Assembly (NCBI GenBank): GCA_002529645.1
Contig: NAEP01000041.1
Span: 8,610-72,609 of the forward strand
Direction: 5' to 3'
Length of the DNA: 64,000 nt
Source: Candidatus Lumbricidiphila eiseniae
GTDB taxonomy: Bacteria; Actinomycetota; Actinomycetes; Actinomycetales; Microbacteriaceae
The number at the start of each line of letters is the position of its first letter. Positions within the stretch are counted from its first letter, which is position 1. Positions 46,248 to 55,777 of this stretch are shown piece after piece. The translations under genes and the position numbers were made by a program. Under the pieces are notes generated by a model, which was not told the DNA's origin, ran no database searches, and saw nothing but the letters and a program-made list of their open reading frames with translations.

Positions 46248-46850
46248 TTACGGCACCCGATTGTTGAGCTGTTGAATATACGGATGTAATGCCGTAACCG
46301 CACGAGCGCGATGGCTGTGTGCATTCTTCTCACCCGGGTTCATCTCGGCCGCCGTGATAGTGGCTCCGTCGGGGATAAAGATTGAATCGTATCCGAAACC
46401 CGCATCGCCCCTGGCCGTGAGTGCAATTTTTCCCGGCCACTGGCCGAGAAAAATCTTCTCGTCACGGCCGGGAACCACCACCGCGATCGCGCACACGAAC
46501 TGTGCGCATCGATGTGGATCACGGATATCCGCCAGTTGTTCGAGCAGAAGTTCCCGGTTGCGTTCATCGTTGGCCGCCCGACCCGCCCACCGAGCGGAGA
46601 AGATCCCGGGCGCACCGCCCATGACTTCCACGGCGAGCCCGGAATCATCCGCAAGGGCGACGCGATCGGTGTGACGGGCGGCCGCCCGGGCCTTGATGAG
46701 GGCATTATCACCGAAGGATGTCCCGTCTTCACTCGGTTCCGGCCCGTCGTACGGGAGCACAACAATCCCCGGCGCGGCAGCGCCGAGGATCTCCTGGAAT
46801 TCAACCACCTTGTGCGGGTTGTGTGTGGCCAGAACGATCTCCCGGAGCAT
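46248..46850 (-). CDS. rdgB: non-canonical purine NTP pyrophosphatase RdgB/HAM1
   Basis: IVLATHNPHKVVEFQEIL...ALADDSGLAVEVMGGAPGIFSARWAG...GFGYDSIF. ATG 46850 lies directly after the rph stop. Confidence 0.9.
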   Translation of the reverse strand: MLREIVLATHNPHKVVEFQEILGAAAPGIVVLPYDGPEPSEDGTSFGDNALIKARAAARHTDRVALADDSGLAVEVMGGAPGIFSARWAGRAANDERNRELLLEQLADIRDPHRCAQFVCAIAVVVPGRDEKIFLGQWPGKIALTARGDAGFGYDSIFIPDGATITAAEMNPGEKNAHSHRARAVTALHPYIQQLNNRVP

Positions 46851-46851
46851 C

Positions 46852-47628
46852 CTATTCGCCCTGGCGATCGAGCGCGGCAAGCTGGATGGCGGTGAGCGCA
46901 GCAGTGCCACCCAGCGCGAGGTCGAGCAGCGCATCGAGTTCGCTGCGGTCAAACGGTGCACCCTCGGCGGTTCCCTGCACCTCCACGAACAGGCCGCGAC
47001 CGGTCACCACAACGTTCATGTCCGTCTCGGCACGGACATCCTCAACGTAGGCCAGGTCGAGCATGGGTGTGCCGTCGATCATACCGACGGAGACAGCAGA
47101 CACGGTGTCGATAAGCGGCACCGACCGTTGCCCCACAAACTGCCGTTCTCGTGCCCACTCAATGGCATCCGCGAGGGCGACATACGCTCCGGTAATCGCT
47201 GCGGTGCGGGTACCCCCGTCGGCCTGCAGCACATCACAGTCGATCTGCACGGTGTTCTCGCCGATCGCTTTTGTGTCAACGACCGCGCGCAGGCTCCGTC
47301 CGATGAGGCGGCTAATCTCGTGCGTGCGACCGCCGATCTTTCCCCTCACCGATTCGCGATCATTGCGAGTGTTCGTCGAACGGGGGAGCATCGCATACTC
47401 CGCGGTTACCCATCCCTTGCCGGAACCCATCATCCACCGCGGTACACCGTTTGTAAACGAGGCCGTGCAGAGCACCTTCGTGCGACCGAACGAGATGAGT
47501 GCGCTGCCCTCAGCGTGCGCACTCCATCCTCGCTCGATCGTGACGTCGCGAAGGTCACCGGGGGCTCGACCGTCGGCGCGGAGAGCAGAATCGGCAGCGG
47601 CGGAGTCTGCAGTGGAGGAGCTGGTCAT
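46852..47628 (-). CDS. rph: ribonuclease PH
   Basis: [19 protein letters not shown]...[18 protein letters not shown]...[14 protein letters not shown]...[18 protein letters not shown]. Only the C-terminal 258 codons of ORF 46852..48171 are used. Confidence 0.9.
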   Translation of the reverse strand: MTSSSTADSAAADSALRADGRAPGDLRDVTIERGWSAHAEGSALISFGRTKVLCTASFTNGVPRWMMGSGKGWVTAEYAMLPRSTNTRNDRESVRGKIGGRTHEISRLIGRSLRAVVDTKAIGENTVQIDCDVLQADGGTRTAAITGAYVALADAIEWARERQFVGQRSVPLIDTVSAVSVGMIDGTPMLDLAYVEDVRAETDMNVVVTGRGLFVEVQGTAEGAPFDRSELDALLDLALGGTAALTAIQLAALDRQGE

Positions 47629-47680
47629 GGTGTTCCAATCGTGGCGTGGGAGGTGGGCAGGGTTCGTGCAAAGGGCCGGG

Positions 47681-48484
47681 TTACCGCGTGTAGGTATGGT
47701 GCAGTTCAGGCACACCGATAAGACGCTCCGCGAGGGATAAAAAATCGGCACTGTGCTGACCGGTCGCCTCATAACGGTAGCTGGCGGGACTATCCGAGCG
47801 GCGTTCAATACCCGTTGATACGAGAATTCGGTAGACGTCATTCGCGGTTTCCACATCGCTCGCGACGAGCGTGACATCCTCACCCATGACGTAGGAGATC
47901 GCACCCCTGAGGAACGGGTAGTGGGTGCACCCCAGCACGAGGGTGTCAATGCGGGCAGCCCGTATCGGTGCAAGGTAGTCATTGGCGACTGCGAGCAGTT
48001 CCTCGCCGGAGGTGACCCCCGCCTCAACCAGTTCCACGAACCGTGGGCACGCGGCGGTGAAGAGTTCGAGATGGGGCGCGGCGGCGAACGCGTCCTGGTA
48101 GGCACGGGACTGGATGGTCCCGGCGGTGCCGATGACACCGATGCGACCACTGCGAGTCGTCGAGACCGCACGGCGCACGGCGGGCTGAATCACCTCAACA
48201 ACCGGGATCGGGTAGCGTTCGCGGGCATCCCGAAGCATGGCCGCAGAGGCGGTATTGCACGCAATGACCAGGAGTTTGACCCCCTCAGCAACGAGCCCAT
48301 CGAGTACCGCCAGCGCATACTCGCGCACCTGGGCGATGGGCTTAGGTCCGTACGGCGAATGGGCAAGGTCACCGATGTAGTGAATTGACTCGTGCGGCAC
48401 CTGCTCTTTGATCGCGCGTGCGACCGTGAGGCCGCCGACACCGGAGTCAAATATCCCGATCGCTGCATCACTCACGACACCCAA
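47681..48484 (-). CDS. murI: glutamate racemase
   Basis: [22 protein letters not shown] and LGCTHYPFL motifs. The start codon is non-ATG (TTG 48484, or GTG 48475). Confidence 0.9.
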   Translation of the reverse strand: MGVVSDAAIGIFDSGVGGLTVARAIKEQVPHESIHYIGDLAHSPYGPKPIAQVREYALAVLDGLVAEGVKLLVIACNTASAAMLRDARERYPIPVVEVIQPAVRRAVSTTRSGRIGVIGTAGTIQSRAYQDAFAAAPHLELFTAACPRFVELVEAGVTSGEELLAVANDYLAPIRAARIDTLVLGCTHYPFLRGAISYVMGEDVTLVASDVETANDVYRILVSTGIERRSDSPASYRYEATGQHSADFLSLAERLIGVPELHHTYTR

Positions 48485-48628
48485 GTGTAGGGGGCAGGAT
48501 TCGGTGACCCGTCGGGCGGCCAGCCAAAACTATACAACCCCGAGTGCGGGGGGCGGGACAGAGCCACCGCACTCAACCTCGAACCACGTTTGTACAACCC
48601 CGAGTGCAGGGAGCGGGATAAACTCACC
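48482..48628. repeat. about 60-bp-period repeat in the murI-pncB divergent region (locus D): two 38-bp copies plus a degenerate third
   Basis: TATACAACCCCGAGTGCGGGGGGCGGGACAGAGCCACC (48531-48568) and TGTACAACCCCGAGTGCAGGGAGCGGGATAAACTCACC (48591-48628) match at 31/38 positions. CAAGTGTAGGGGGCAGGATTCGGTGACC at 48482-48509 is a weaker third copy. Confidence 0.7.
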
Positions 48629-48631
48629 TGC

Positions 48632-49951
48632 GTGACTGGCTCAACTGCGCTGCACACTGACCGCTACGAACTGACAATGGTGGATGCCGCGTTGCAAGAC
48701 GGTACCGCGCAGCGGCAGTGCCTCTTCGAGGTGTTCGCTCGAGGTTTTCCGGAGGGGCGACGGTTCGGGGTTGTCGCGGGCACCGGGCGACTGCTCGAAC
48801 TTATTACGCAGTTCCGGTTTGGGGAGGCGGAGCTGTTGTGGTTGAGCGAGAGTGCAATCGTGCGGCCGACCGTGGTGGACTGGCTTGCCGATTACCGATT
48901 TACGGGTGATATCTGGGGATACCGGGAGGGGGAGGTATATTTCCCAGGATCGCCGATTTTTACCGTGCAGGGCACCTTTGCCGAGGCTGTCGTGCTGGAA
49001 ACTCTCGTGCTCTCCGTCCTCAACTACGACTCCGCCGTGGCGAGCGCCGCCGCACGCATGGTGTCGGTCGCGCTCGGACGGCCGATCGCCGAAATGGGCG
49101 GGCGTCGCACCCACGAGGAATCTGCGATTGCGGCGGCCCGAGCCGCGTACATTGCGGGGTTTGCTGCAACCTCCAACCTCGCGGCAGGGCGGCGCTGGGG
49201 CATCCCGACCATGGGAACCGCCGCGCACTCGTTCACGATGCTGCACGATTCGGAGGAGGACGCTTTTCGCGCTCAGGTTGCCGCGCTTGGCTCACAGACA
49301 ACCCTGCTCGTTGATACGTACGACATTGAGCACGGCGTTGCGCTTGCGGTCGCTGCGGCGGGGCCGGAACTTGGTGCGGTGCGGATCGATTCGGGGGATC
49401 TGCCGAGCGTTGTCGCCCGGGTGCGCGCGCAGCTTGATGCGCTCGGTGCGCACGGCACGACAATTACCGTCACGGGTGATCTGGACGAGTACACGATCGC
49501 GAACCTTGCACGCGGGCCGGTCGATTCGTACGGGGTAGGAACGTCGGTGGTGACCGGGTCGGGACATCCTGCGGCTCGGTTGGTGTACAAAATGGTTGCG
49601 CGACAGGGCAACGACGGTGAGTGGGTGCCCGTTGCTAAGGCATCACAGCAGAAGGCATCCATTGCCGGTCGTAAGAATGCGGCCCGGGTGATCGGTGCCG
49701 CTCGAACTGCGCGAGAGGAGCTTGTTTATATCGGGGATGGCCCCGGCGGTGCCGACGAGCTTGAGCCGGGCGACCAACTGCGCCCCCTCATGGTGCCACT
49801 CATGTCAGCGGGCACCGCCGCACCCGACGCCCTCGGTGTCGCGGGGACGCGGGCCGCTCGTGAACACTGTGCGGTGGCGCTCGCGGAACTGCCTGCCGAT
49901 GCGTTTCGGCTGGGTCGTGGCGAGCCGGTGATCCCGACGCACTTCCGGTGA
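48632..49951 (+). CDS. pncB: nicotinate phosphoribosyltransferase
   Basis: STALHTDRYELTMV N-terminus and GTAAHSF motif. GTG 48632 is preferred over the ORF start at 48590. Confidence 0.85.
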   Translation: MTGSTALHTDRYELTMVDAALQDGTAQRQCLFEVFARGFPEGRRFGVVAGTGRLLELITQFRFGEAELLWLSESAIVRPTVVDWLADYRFTGDIWGYREGEVYFPGSPIFTVQGTFAEAVVLETLVLSVLNYDSAVASAAARMVSVALGRPIAEMGGRRTHEESAIAAARAAYIAGFAATSNLAAGRRWGIPTMGTAAHSFTMLHDSEEDAFRAQVAALGSQTTLLVDTYDIEHGVALAVAAAGPELGAVRIDSGDLPSVVARVRAQLDALGAHGTTITVTGDLDEYTIANLARGPVDSYGVGTSVVTGSGHPAARLVYKMVARQGNDGEWVPVAKASQQKASIAGRKNAARVIGAARTAREELVYIGDGPGGADELEPGDQLRPLMVPLMSAGTAAPDALGVAGTRAAREHCAVALAELPADAFRLGRGEPVIPTHFR

Positions 49952-49958
49952 GGTGGGC

Positions 49959-50246
49959 CTACTCAGCCCGCATTCGTTCGTAGATTTTTTTGCAGGAGGG
50001 GCAGATCGGAAATTTCTCCGGATCACGACCCGGTGTCCACTTCTTGCCACAGAGTGCGCGCACCGGTTTACCGGTCACCGCGGACTCGACAATTTTGTCT
50101 TTTGGCACATAGTGGGAAAAGAGCTCGTGATCGCCCGGGTCGAGGGACTCTTCATCGAGGAGTTTCTCAAGCTCACGGTCGAGAATCGCTGTTCCGCCAC
50201 CGGTGCCGTCGGGATCTGTCTGTCGTGACCACACAACCTGACTCAT
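49959..50246 (-). CDS. DUF3039 domain-containing protein
   Basis: HELFSHYVPKDKIVESAVTGKPVRALCGKKWTPGRDPEKFPICPSCKKIYE. ATG 50246 is preferred. Confidence 0.75.
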   Translation of the reverse strand: MSQVVWSRQTDPDGTGGGTAILDRELEKLLDEESLDPGDHELFSHYVPKDKIVESAVTGKPVRALCGKKWTPGRDPEKFPICPSCKKIYERMRAE

Positions 50247-50256
50247 ACAGACGAGT

Positions 50257-51846
50257 TTACGTGCCGTGGGCCTGTGGGTGAAGTGCGGCGGCGAGAATCT
50301 CTGGTCCGCGGCGGTCGAAAATTTTCCCACCGACAGCGACGCCGATCACGAGGGCTATCACGCCGGACACGATACCGACGGCCAGCGAGGCGAGAAGCCA
50401 ACCCGCACCGTGGGCTATCCCAATGACGCCAAAAACAAGGGCGGGAAGCGCGATTAACACCGGGATGATAAGGGTGAGTGCCTGCACCATGGCGCTTCTC
50501 ATATCTGTTGACTGTGGTTGTTGAAAGGGGCTGTCTCCGGGCCGCACGGCGGGATAGGGGAATCGGGCGGACGAAATTGACCCCACTCCCAGACCCCCTA
50601 ACAGCAGTGCGGCGCTTGCCCCCAGCAGGGGTGGCAGTAGCCACCATTCATCCACAAGGTACACGCTCAGTGCGCTTCCGGCGACAATGACCGCAATTCC
50701 CGTTGCGAGCACGGGAACGATCCGTCCGATTCGGTCGTTCATACCCCTTGTTCCAGATACCACGTGCAACCAGATTGCGGTCGAATCATGGGCTGTGTCA
50801 TTGTGGAGCGACCAGCCGAGAAACAGAGCCATAATCGGAACCGGCAGCAGCGCGGCTAGCCGTGGTGGAACCCCGGCACACGCGAGAACCACGAGCACGA
50901 CAAGCGGAGTAATGAGGACCGCAACCACCGACACCCAGTACCGCGAGTCACGAAGCCAGTAGGTTGTGCTTCGCGCCGCGATGACCCCGATTTCTCCGTG
51001 TGGCATGAGGGTGAACCATCCCAGTCTGCGATGGGCTTTCGTTGAGAGGTTTCGTCCGGGTGTTGCCAGAGCTCGGGAGAGCACCCGCCGCCACGTCCAC
51101 CACGTGAGGAAGAGGGTTATAACGGCAATGAATAACTGCAGGATGGCCGTTACCCACGTGCCGGTCGCGATGTTTCCCGGTGCCGCAAACGCCGCGCCAA
51201 ACGGCGTCCACCGCACGACCGCCGCAATGTTGCCAAGGACGGTGAAGCCGGATGTCTCCCACTCAACCGTTGTGAGCGCAACGGTTGCCGGGCTGAGCAT
51301 GAGCAGGAGAAAGATACCGATAAGACCGGTGATTATGCGAGCTTGGCCGGTGGTGATCAGAAGCGACCTGAGCACAACCATGATCCGGGTGCCCAGCACG
51401 CACGTGGCGAGGGCGAGGAGCGCGGCAACAGAGGCCACCACCGTCGCTGCCGCACTACTCGACCACACGATGACCGTGCTGATGAGCACTGCGGTGAGTG
51501 CGAGCGTTGGAACCCCGAGCAGGCCACACAGGGCCAGTCCCCACGACAGCGTTCGCTGTTCTAACCCGAACAGGGCGAACCGCCGCGGATCCATTCGGTC
51601 GTTCACTCCGATGATGATCGGTGCGACAAGAAACCCGATCATTACAACCGCGCCAGCCACGGTGAGGATGTCCCGTGTGACCGCGATATCTTCGGCAGAT
51701 CGACGCGCGATGAGTGCAGCACACACGAGTCCAGCCAGCGCGAGGATGATCGCAACACCGGTGATGAGCCCACAACTCTGCCAGCGGGTGCGCCGAAAGT
51801 TGTTAGCCAGTAGCCGCAGTTTTAGCGCGAAAAGCTGTGCAACCAT
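50257..51846 (-). CDS. ABC exporter permease (multi-pass, ABC-2-like)
   Basis: 529 aa with about 12 predicted TM helices. It overlaps the 3' end of the upstream ATPase gene by 25 nt. Confidence 0.6.
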   Translation of the reverse strand: MVAQLFALKLRLLANNFRRTRWQSCGLITGVAIILALAGLVCAALIARRSAEDIAVTRDILTVAGAVVMIGFLVAPIIIGVNDRMDPRRFALFGLEQRTLSWGLALCGLLGVPTLALTAVLISTVIVWSSSAAATVVASVAALLALATCVLGTRIMVVLRSLLITTGQARIITGLIGIFLLLMLSPATVALTTVEWETSGFTVLGNIAAVVRWTPFGAAFAAPGNIATGTWVTAILQLFIAVITLFLTWWTWRRVLSRALATPGRNLSTKAHRRLGWFTLMPHGEIGVIAARSTTYWLRDSRYWVSVVAVLITPLVVLVVLACAGVPPRLAALLPVPIMALFLGWSLHNDTAHDSTAIWLHVVSGTRGMNDRIGRIVPVLATGIAVIVAGSALSVYLVDEWWLLPPLLGASAALLLGGLGVGSISSARFPYPAVRPGDSPFQQPQSTDMRSAMVQALTLIIPVLIALPALVFGVIGIAHGAGWLLASLAVGIVSGVIALVIGVAVGGKIFDRRGPEILAAALHPQAHGT

Positions 51847-53159
51847 TCCATCCCCTCCGCGACTTTCCGACCACCGGCGACCTCTGTGAATCGTTCTTCC
51901 AGCGTCTTCCCGGCCCGCACCTCATCGAGTGTTCCTGCAGCACGAACCCGACCACCAACGATGATGGCCACCGAGTCACACACTCGCTCTATGAGCTCCA
52001 TGCTGTGGCTGGAGAGCACAACAGTCCCACCACCGGCAACGTAGCGTTTGAGGATGTCGGTGAGGTTGGCCGCTGATACCGGGTCAACTGATTCGACCGG
52101 CTCGTCGAGGATGAGCAGTTGCGGAGAGTGAATCATCGCGCACGCGAGCGCGATTTTCTTTGTCATGCCCGTTGAGTAATCAACGATGAGCCGACTGACC
52201 GAGTCCTCCAAGCCGAAGGCGTGAATGAGATCGTCGCTACGTTGACTGACGGTGTCTTTATCGAGCCCGCGCAGGATGCCCGAGTAGTAGAGCAACTGTG
52301 CGCCGGTGAGCCGATCAAAGATGCGCACCCGGTCGGGGAGAACACCGATCATGCGTTTTGCGGCATTCGGGTTTTGCCAGAGGTCAATGTCATTGATGAG
52401 AACCGTGCCCTCATCCGGGCGAAGTAGCCCGGTGATCATGGAGAGGGTTATCGTCTTACCGGCACCGTGGGGACCAACAAGGCCGAAGAACGAACCCGCG
52501 GCAACCTCAAAGCTGACCTCGCCAACAGCAGCGGTGTCACCAAAGTGCTTGACGAGGCCGGTTGCACGCAAAACCCGCGGAACGGTTGCGTCAGGGGCAA
52601 CTGTCTCTGACTGTGGTGTCACCGGTGCGGCTGCGGTTGGTTTTCTTGTCGGGGTTGGTTTTCCTGTCGGGCTAGTTGCCTTCACCGGCGGTGTTGACGG
52701 TGTGGTCGTGGATGATGGTGCTGTTTCGGTGGTGGCTTTGGTGCGGGTGGTGGTGGGCCTGGTGGTGGCTTTGGTGCGAGTCGCGGTGGTGGCTTTGGTG
52801 CGGGCGGCAGGCGTAGCAGAGGCGGTCTTCGCGTCTGCAACGGTTGTGGTGGCCGGTGCTGGTTTCGTGGCGGACGCGCCCGTCTTCTTGGGCAGGGTTG
52901 ACCCCGCTGAGCTCTTGTTCGCAATCGGCCTGGCCGTCGATCTCGCTGAGTTTTTGCTCGCAATCGGCTTTGCCACCGGCGCCGAGGTTTTTTCTGCTGT
53001 GGGCGTGTTTTCCGCCTGCGCGCCGGGGGTCTTGTTCGTACGCGGGGTTGTGCGTGTGGTCGGTAGCCGCGCTGCCGCAGGGGTGCGCGATCGGTTTGTG
53101 ACCTTCTTCGCAGCGGTGGCATCCTTTGCAGCGGTGGCATCGTCGGGCGGATTGGTCAC
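51822..53159 (-). CDS. ABC transporter ATP-binding protein with an about 200-aa Thr/Ala/Pro/Lys-rich N-terminal extension
   Basis: C-terminal ATPase with GPHGAGKT, YSTGMTKK and LILDEPVESVD. The N-terminal region carries RTKATT repeats. The extension is in frame with no stop, but an internal start cannot be excluded. Confidence 0.7.
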   Translation of the reverse strand: MTNPPDDATAAKDATAAKKVTNRSRTPAAARLPTTRTTPRTNKTPGAQAENTPTAEKTSAPVAKPIASKNSARSTARPIANKSSAGSTLPKKTGASATKPAPATTTVADAKTASATPAARTKATTATRTKATTRPTTTRTKATTETAPSSTTTPSTPPVKATSPTGKPTPTRKPTAAAPVTPQSETVAPDATVPRVLRATGLVKHFGDTAAVGEVSFEVAAGSFFGLVGPHGAGKTITLSMITGLLRPDEGTVLINDIDLWQNPNAAKRMIGVLPDRVRIFDRLTGAQLLYYSGILRGLDKDTVSQRSDDLIHAFGLEDSVSRLIVDYSTGMTKKIALACAMIHSPQLLILDEPVESVDPVSAANLTDILKRYVAGGGTVVLSSHSMELIERVCDSVAIIVGGRVRAAGTLDEVRAGKTLEERFTEVAGGRKVAEGMEWLHSFSR

Positions 53160-53248
53160 AAGCTACAACCTATCAACCATTGAAACCACTGTACGTGAGC
53201 TGAGATGCCGAGTTTCTCTCGGTTCTAGCGAGTCCGGGACCGCAGATC

Positions 53249-54046
53249 ATGCCTCGGCACACCGGTACGATAAGGGGTGTGACAACCCTCGCCAGATACC
53301 GACATTCGCTCTGGCTGCTCACCCTCCGTGATCTGAAGGTACGGTACTCCACCTCAGCGCTCGGCTACCTCTGGTCAGTGTTGGACCCGCTCGTGATGGC
53401 CGGTATCTACTGGTTCGTATTCACCCAGGTTTTCAATCGCCCGGTCGGCACGCAACCGTACATCGTCTTCCTGCTGTCTGCGCTGCTGCCGTGGATGTGG
53501 TTCAACGGTGCCATCTCGGATTCCACCCGCGCATTCCTGAAAGATGCGAAGCTGGTGCGGTCAATCGAAATCCCGCGCACGATTTGGGTGACCCGGATCG
53601 TGCTGTCAAAGGGGATCGAGTTTCTGTTAGCGCTCCCGGTCCTCGCGTTCTTCGCGCTCGTGTCCGGTGCGCAACCGGGATGGCACCTGCTTCTATTTCC
53701 GTTCGCGGTGGTGTTGCAGGCGGTGTTCACGACCGGGCTTGCTCTCGTCGTTGCACCGCTCGTTGTGTTCTTCCGAGACCTGGAGCGGGCGGTGAAACTT
53801 ACTCTTCGGTTCATGTTCTACGCGACGCCCATCATCTACGGAGTGTCAAACCTGCCGAGTCCGTACAATTTCTGGGCTGCATTCAATCCGCTCTCCGGTA
53901 TCTTTTGTATATATCGATCGGCATTCTTCCCCTCTGAGCTAGTCTGGCGTGACATCGCAGTCTCGATCGTGATGTCTACTATGGTTCTCATAGCGGGATT
54001 GTGGGTTTTCCGCTTCAGCGAGCGGCAGGTACTGAAGGAGATCTGA
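53249..54046 (+). CDS. ABC-2 type polysaccharide/teichoic-acid export permease (Wzm/TagG-like)
   Basis: LRDLKVRYSTSALGYLWSVLDPL signature and 6 TM helices. Confidence 0.8.
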   Translation: MPRHTGTIRGVTTLARYRHSLWLLTLRDLKVRYSTSALGYLWSVLDPLVMAGIYWFVFTQVFNRPVGTQPYIVFLLSALLPWMWFNGAISDSTRAFLKDAKLVRSIEIPRTIWVTRIVLSKGIEFLLALPVLAFFALVSGAQPGWHLLLFPFAVVLQAVFTTGLALVVAPLVVFFRDLERAVKLTLRFMFYATPIIYGVSNLPSPYNFWAAFNPLSGIFCIYRSAFFPSELVWRDIAVSIVMSTMVLIAGLWVFRFSERQVLKEI

Positions 54047-54813
54047 TGCTCACAGAAACGTTGAACCTCACCGTGACGGCTTCCCCCGCCATTCACACGG
54101 AGGGGCTTGGCATCCGCTTTCGTCGCAACCGGCTTGGCCGCCGGAACTTCAAAGACCTCTTCGGTGGTCGCAACCGTCGGACTCGCCCCGAAGAATTCTG
54201 GGCGATTCGGGATGTCTCCCTCACGGTTCATCCCGGCGAAGCAATCGGGGTTGTGGGTCGTAACGGGCAGGGAAAATCCACGCTGCTGAAGCTCGTTGCG
54301 GGTGTTCTGCTTGCGGATGCAGGACGGGTGCAGGTGACCGGGGGTGTCGCCCCGATTATTGAGATCACGGGTGGGTTCGTTGATGAGCTGAGCGTGCGTG
54401 ACAACGTATATCTCACGGCCGGTTTGCACGGGATGTCTCGAGCAAATATTGACTCGAAATTCAACGAGATCATTGCCTTCGCTGACATCGGCCGTTTCCT
54501 CGATACTCCGTACAAACACCTGTCCAGCGGTATGAAAGTGAGGATCGCGTTCGCGGTGATCTCACAGCTTGAGGAGCCTATTCTGCTCGTCGATGAGGTT
54601 CTTGCCGTCGGTGACGCCCAGTATCGCGAGAAGTGCTATAACCGGATCGAGGAACTCCTCGCCGGTGGCCGCACCCTGTTCTTTGTCTCACACAACGAGC
54701 ACGACCTACAGCGATTTTGCACCCGGGGCCTGTACCTCGACGAGGGGCGTCTCGTGCTTGACGGTCCCATTGCCGCCGTTCTTGAGCGTTACCGGGCAGA
54801 CCACGGTTTCTAG
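54046..54813 (+). CDS. polysaccharide export ABC ATP-binding protein (Wzt/TagH-like, no C-terminal binding domain)
   Basis: GRNGQGKST, LSSGMKVRIAFA and LLVDEVLAVGD motifs. ATG 54046 overlaps the permease TGA. Confidence 0.8.
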   Translation: MLTETLNLTVTASPAIHTEGLGIRFRRNRLGRRNFKDLFGGRNRRTRPEEFWAIRDVSLTVHPGEAIGVVGRNGQGKSTLLKLVAGVLLADAGRVQVTGGVAPIIEITGGFVDELSVRDNVYLTAGLHGMSRANIDSKFNEIIAFADIGRFLDTPYKHLSSGMKVRIAFAVISQLEEPILLVDEVLAVGDAQYREKCYNRIEELLAGGRTLFFVSHNEHDLQRFCTRGLYLDEGRLVLDGPIAAVLERYRADHGF

Positions 54814-54902
54814 TCTGACGGGTGGCTCTGCTCACACGCTAATCTCGACGAGGGATTCGGGAGAGGGCAAGGACTGACCGAGGGGTGCTCGGAACTTTCA
54901 GC

Positions 54903-55453
54903 TCAATCACCGGAGCTAACCGGTAGCACGTCACGGTTCGGTATTGCCTCAACCGTGTCGAGGCGCGGGTCGTGGGAGAACTGGCGATACAGCCTTTGTT
55001 CGGCTGCGACGATGAACGAGTCGGGGCAGAGACCTCCGCCCCACTCGAATGTTCCGGCGTCATCCCAGCAGAACTCTGGTAGTTGCATACCCTCACGCAA
55101 CTTCGTGGGATCGAACGTTCTGAGTGTGTAGTCTGAGTCCTCACCCCGTCGGCTTCCGTGGCGCATCGTGCCTGCGTAGCCGATCCACCAAGCGCCGGTG
55201 AGAGTGAGGCCGTCAAGGATGTCACGCAGGGCGTTGGCCGTGTTGGCATCGACCATGCCCCTGCACGGTTGCACGGTTGCACGGTTGCACGGTTGCACGG
55301 TTGCACGGTGAGGGGGAGCTTTCCGCCCCGATCAGTGAACCGATCGCTCACCTCACTCCAGCACACGGAGCCGGTTAGTTCTTCGCTGCAGGGCAGTGCC
55401 TCGCTGGGATTCACGCAGCGAGTGTGCATCCACCCCGCGCAAATCAACCCCAT
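54903..55453 (-). pseudogene. hypothetical gene split into two frames by an octanucleotide repeat (frameshifted or phase-variable)
   Basis: The N-terminal frame runs from ATG 55453 (MGLICAGWMHTRCVNPSEALPCSEELTGSVCWSEVSDRFTDRGGKLPL). The C-terminal frame runs from the repeat to the stop at 54903 (GMVDANTANALRDILDG...). The span is 551 nt. Removing one 8-bp unit restores a 180-codon ORF. Confidence 0.6.
55261..55308. repeat. octanucleotide tandem repeat (TTGCACGG)x6
   Basis: CTGCACGG followed by five exact TTGCACGG units, 48 bp with no interruption. Confidence 0.95.
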
Positions 55454-55522
55454 AGATCAGTCGTTTCTCCCGACCGCTGACGAGCTTGGCAGCGCCCGAC
55501 GGAGGCTCGAAGCGCTCGAAGC

Positions 55523-55672
55523 TGTAGAAACCTCGGGCGGGAGGAGCTATCGTTCCACAAAACACCTGGAGCCGGGCGAATGCGCAGAAGCCTCGGGCGT
55601 GGGAGCTATCAGCGTCTTCGTGCGCCGAGCGCATAACGACTATGCAGAAGCCTCGGGCGTGGGGAACTATCT
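55523..55672. repeat. three 27-30-bp direct repeats at exact 60-bp spacing (locus E)
   Basis: The core CCTCGGGCG occurs at 55531, 55591 and 55651. The copies read GTAGAAACCTCGGGCGGGAGGAGCTATC, GCAGAAGCCTCGGGCGTGGGAGCTATC and GCAGAAGCCTCGGGCGTGGGGAACTATC. The spacers are unrelated. Confidence 0.8.
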
Positions 55673-55777
55673 TGATAACGACGGCAGCATGGCCGATATT
55701 GCGCCCGTCCGGCGCGCACGGCGACTCCTCGACGGTTAGCGCGGAGCACCCGCGAGGACGCGGTTACAGTTCCCCGG

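Noticed and set aside
47629-48171. The N-terminal 180 codons of the 439-aa ORF 46852..48171 (rph frame).
   Set aside because: This part is antisense to murI and has Pro/Ser/Arg-rich composition. RNase PH homology begins at ATG 47628.
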